Of a stretch of DNA of 64,000 nucleotides, positions 62,571 through 64,000 are shown piece after piece. The position numbers and the translations under genes are program-made. The notes under the pieces are model-generated. The model made no database searches, was not told the origin of the DNA, and worked only from the letters and a program-made list of their open reading frames with translations. The stretch comes from Podarcis pityusensis (taxonomy: Eukaryota). Every line of letters starts with the position of its first letter. Within the stretch, counting starts at the first letter, position 1. The stretch is from the NCBI GenBank assembly GCA_964106645.2, contig OZ067043.1; one strand, written 5' to 3'.

Positions 62571-63059
62571 AGTCCTGAACCCCTGGCCTACCTGGCAGCA
62601 AGTCACTATGTCAGGTCCAAAATTCAAAGCCCAAGTTCCAAAGGTCAGGAAACATGCTAGCTGCATCATCTGGTCTCGATGAAGCATGTGACCCTCACCT
62701 GTTCCAAGCCTACTCCAGCTGAGGAATCACACCCCTCCTTCAGAGCTAGCGAACCCCACCTGGCCAGCTAGGGAGCTGAGCTGTGGGCCCTTGCCTGTCT
62801 CAGTCTCCTAGACCGCTCCTCCCACTGTTGCCTACAGCTCAGAGCCCACCATGTTCATGGAGACAGGGGCCCCTCTGTCTCTAGTGATGGATCCTGTTGC
62901 TCTGGTTCCTGTGCATTGACTCCCATCCCCTCACCATCCTCCATCATCCTGTGAATACTTCCTTCCACATTCCCTGCTTGCCCTGGTGTGTCCCAGTCCT
63001 GGTTACTCCGCTTGCTGGGATCCTCTTCCTCCTTCCTGTCATCCTGCCAGTTCATGGCA
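62571..63059 (-). mobile_element. Solo LTR with 5-bp TSD (Gypsy- or class III ERV-like)
   Basis: tccat at 62566-62570 and 63060-63064; imperfect terminal IR agtcctgaac / gttcatggca; homologous to 28407-29022. Confidence 0.75.
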
Positions 63060-63199
63060 TCCATGCACTCAGCTGAAGGCATGAACAGGGTTGCAAATGT
63101 ACAGTGTATTGTTCTGTATGAGCAATTTGGGTCTGTGTCTTCAGTGGGGTTCCAAAGGCATGGAGAACTTACGGATCGACAATGCCACACAACGGGCTC

Positions 63200-63203
<4 letters not shown>

Positions 63204-63245
<42 letters not shown>
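63204..63245. repeat. (GA)21 microsatellite
   Basis: Direct reading. Confidence 0.95.
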
Positions 63246-63247
<2 letters not shown>

Positions 63248-64000
63248 TGCTGGCAGCAGTATCCAGAACCGAATGCTAGAGGTAACTATGTAGGCAGCAA
63301 TACAAGAGAGGTTGGCTGTGAGAAGGAGGGCTGGTTTGATGGGCAAGGAGGTTGTGTTTGTGGTGCTGAGTTAGTGAGGAAGTGGAGGTTGTGCCCTGAA
63401 GTGAGGAAATCCTCGTCTCTCTCGTAGGGTCCCTATTTCATCAGAATGCATTCCCTTTTGCATCTAGGCAGGCAGCCACAGTTTCTTCCGTTGTACTTCC
63501 CAGAAGGAAAAGAAACACGATTCTATCACCCGCTTCCAGGGAACATAAATAAGTCTGTAAAGGTGGCCTGGTTTTACAGGGGCCATATATCTGACTCCAA
63601 CGCTACCTCATTAGCTAAAGCATTTTATGTTGCTATCAATAATGCAGGTTGCTAGTCAGGTACTAAACCAAAGTGCTGGAGGAGGATGGCATGGGAGTGT
63701 GCTGAGAGAGTGTATTTAATGCTTTAGAGATATCAGATCAGAAACAACAGGCCTGGGAGATCCCTGGCTAGTTTCATTTCAGCCTCTAGTCTGAATTGTT
63801 ATAGCTGTTGACTGGCTCTCGAAGCAACCATCCTCCAGGGCCTCTAGACAGGTTGGTCTCTCCAGGCAGCTTCAGTAGCTGGTTATAAGAATTTGGGAAA
63901 GAGAGATTATAGTGGAATGGTACCACAGATCCAGCGAGAAGACTTTCCCCCCAGAAGCTGGGGAAGACAGGGGTGAAGTGGGTTATGGTGGTGACAACCT

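Overview
Vertebrate genomic DNA, most likely a lacertid lizard (Podarcis/Lacerta/Zootoca-like). This is inferred from a full-length POM-type Sauria SINE and the squamate CR1/L2/hAT/Tc1-mariner MITE repertoire. No credible protein-coding exon is visible; the listed ORFs are short and either repeat-derived or random. The window looks intergenic or intronic, with dense decayed transposons, microsatellites, several repeat-free enhancer-like islands and one 129-N assembly gap. A CpG-enriched block at about 40.4-42.5 kb has a non-canonical RE1/NRSE (REST) site and a strong splice donor, and is probably the promoter and non-coding first exon of a neuronal gene that I cannot name. The most notable structures are: (1) two adjacent Penelope-like retroelement fold-back insertions at 50.4-52.1 kb carrying hammerhead ribozyme motifs, one with an apparently intact core and a 15-bp target-site duplication; (2) a near-perfect 166-bp inverted duplication crossing a MITE terminus at 37.1-38.0 kb; (3) a weak, unverified hint of an endogenous hepadnavirus core remnant at about 54 kb. 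All family names and alignments were made by eye from memory, without database searches; boundaries of decayed elements are approximate.
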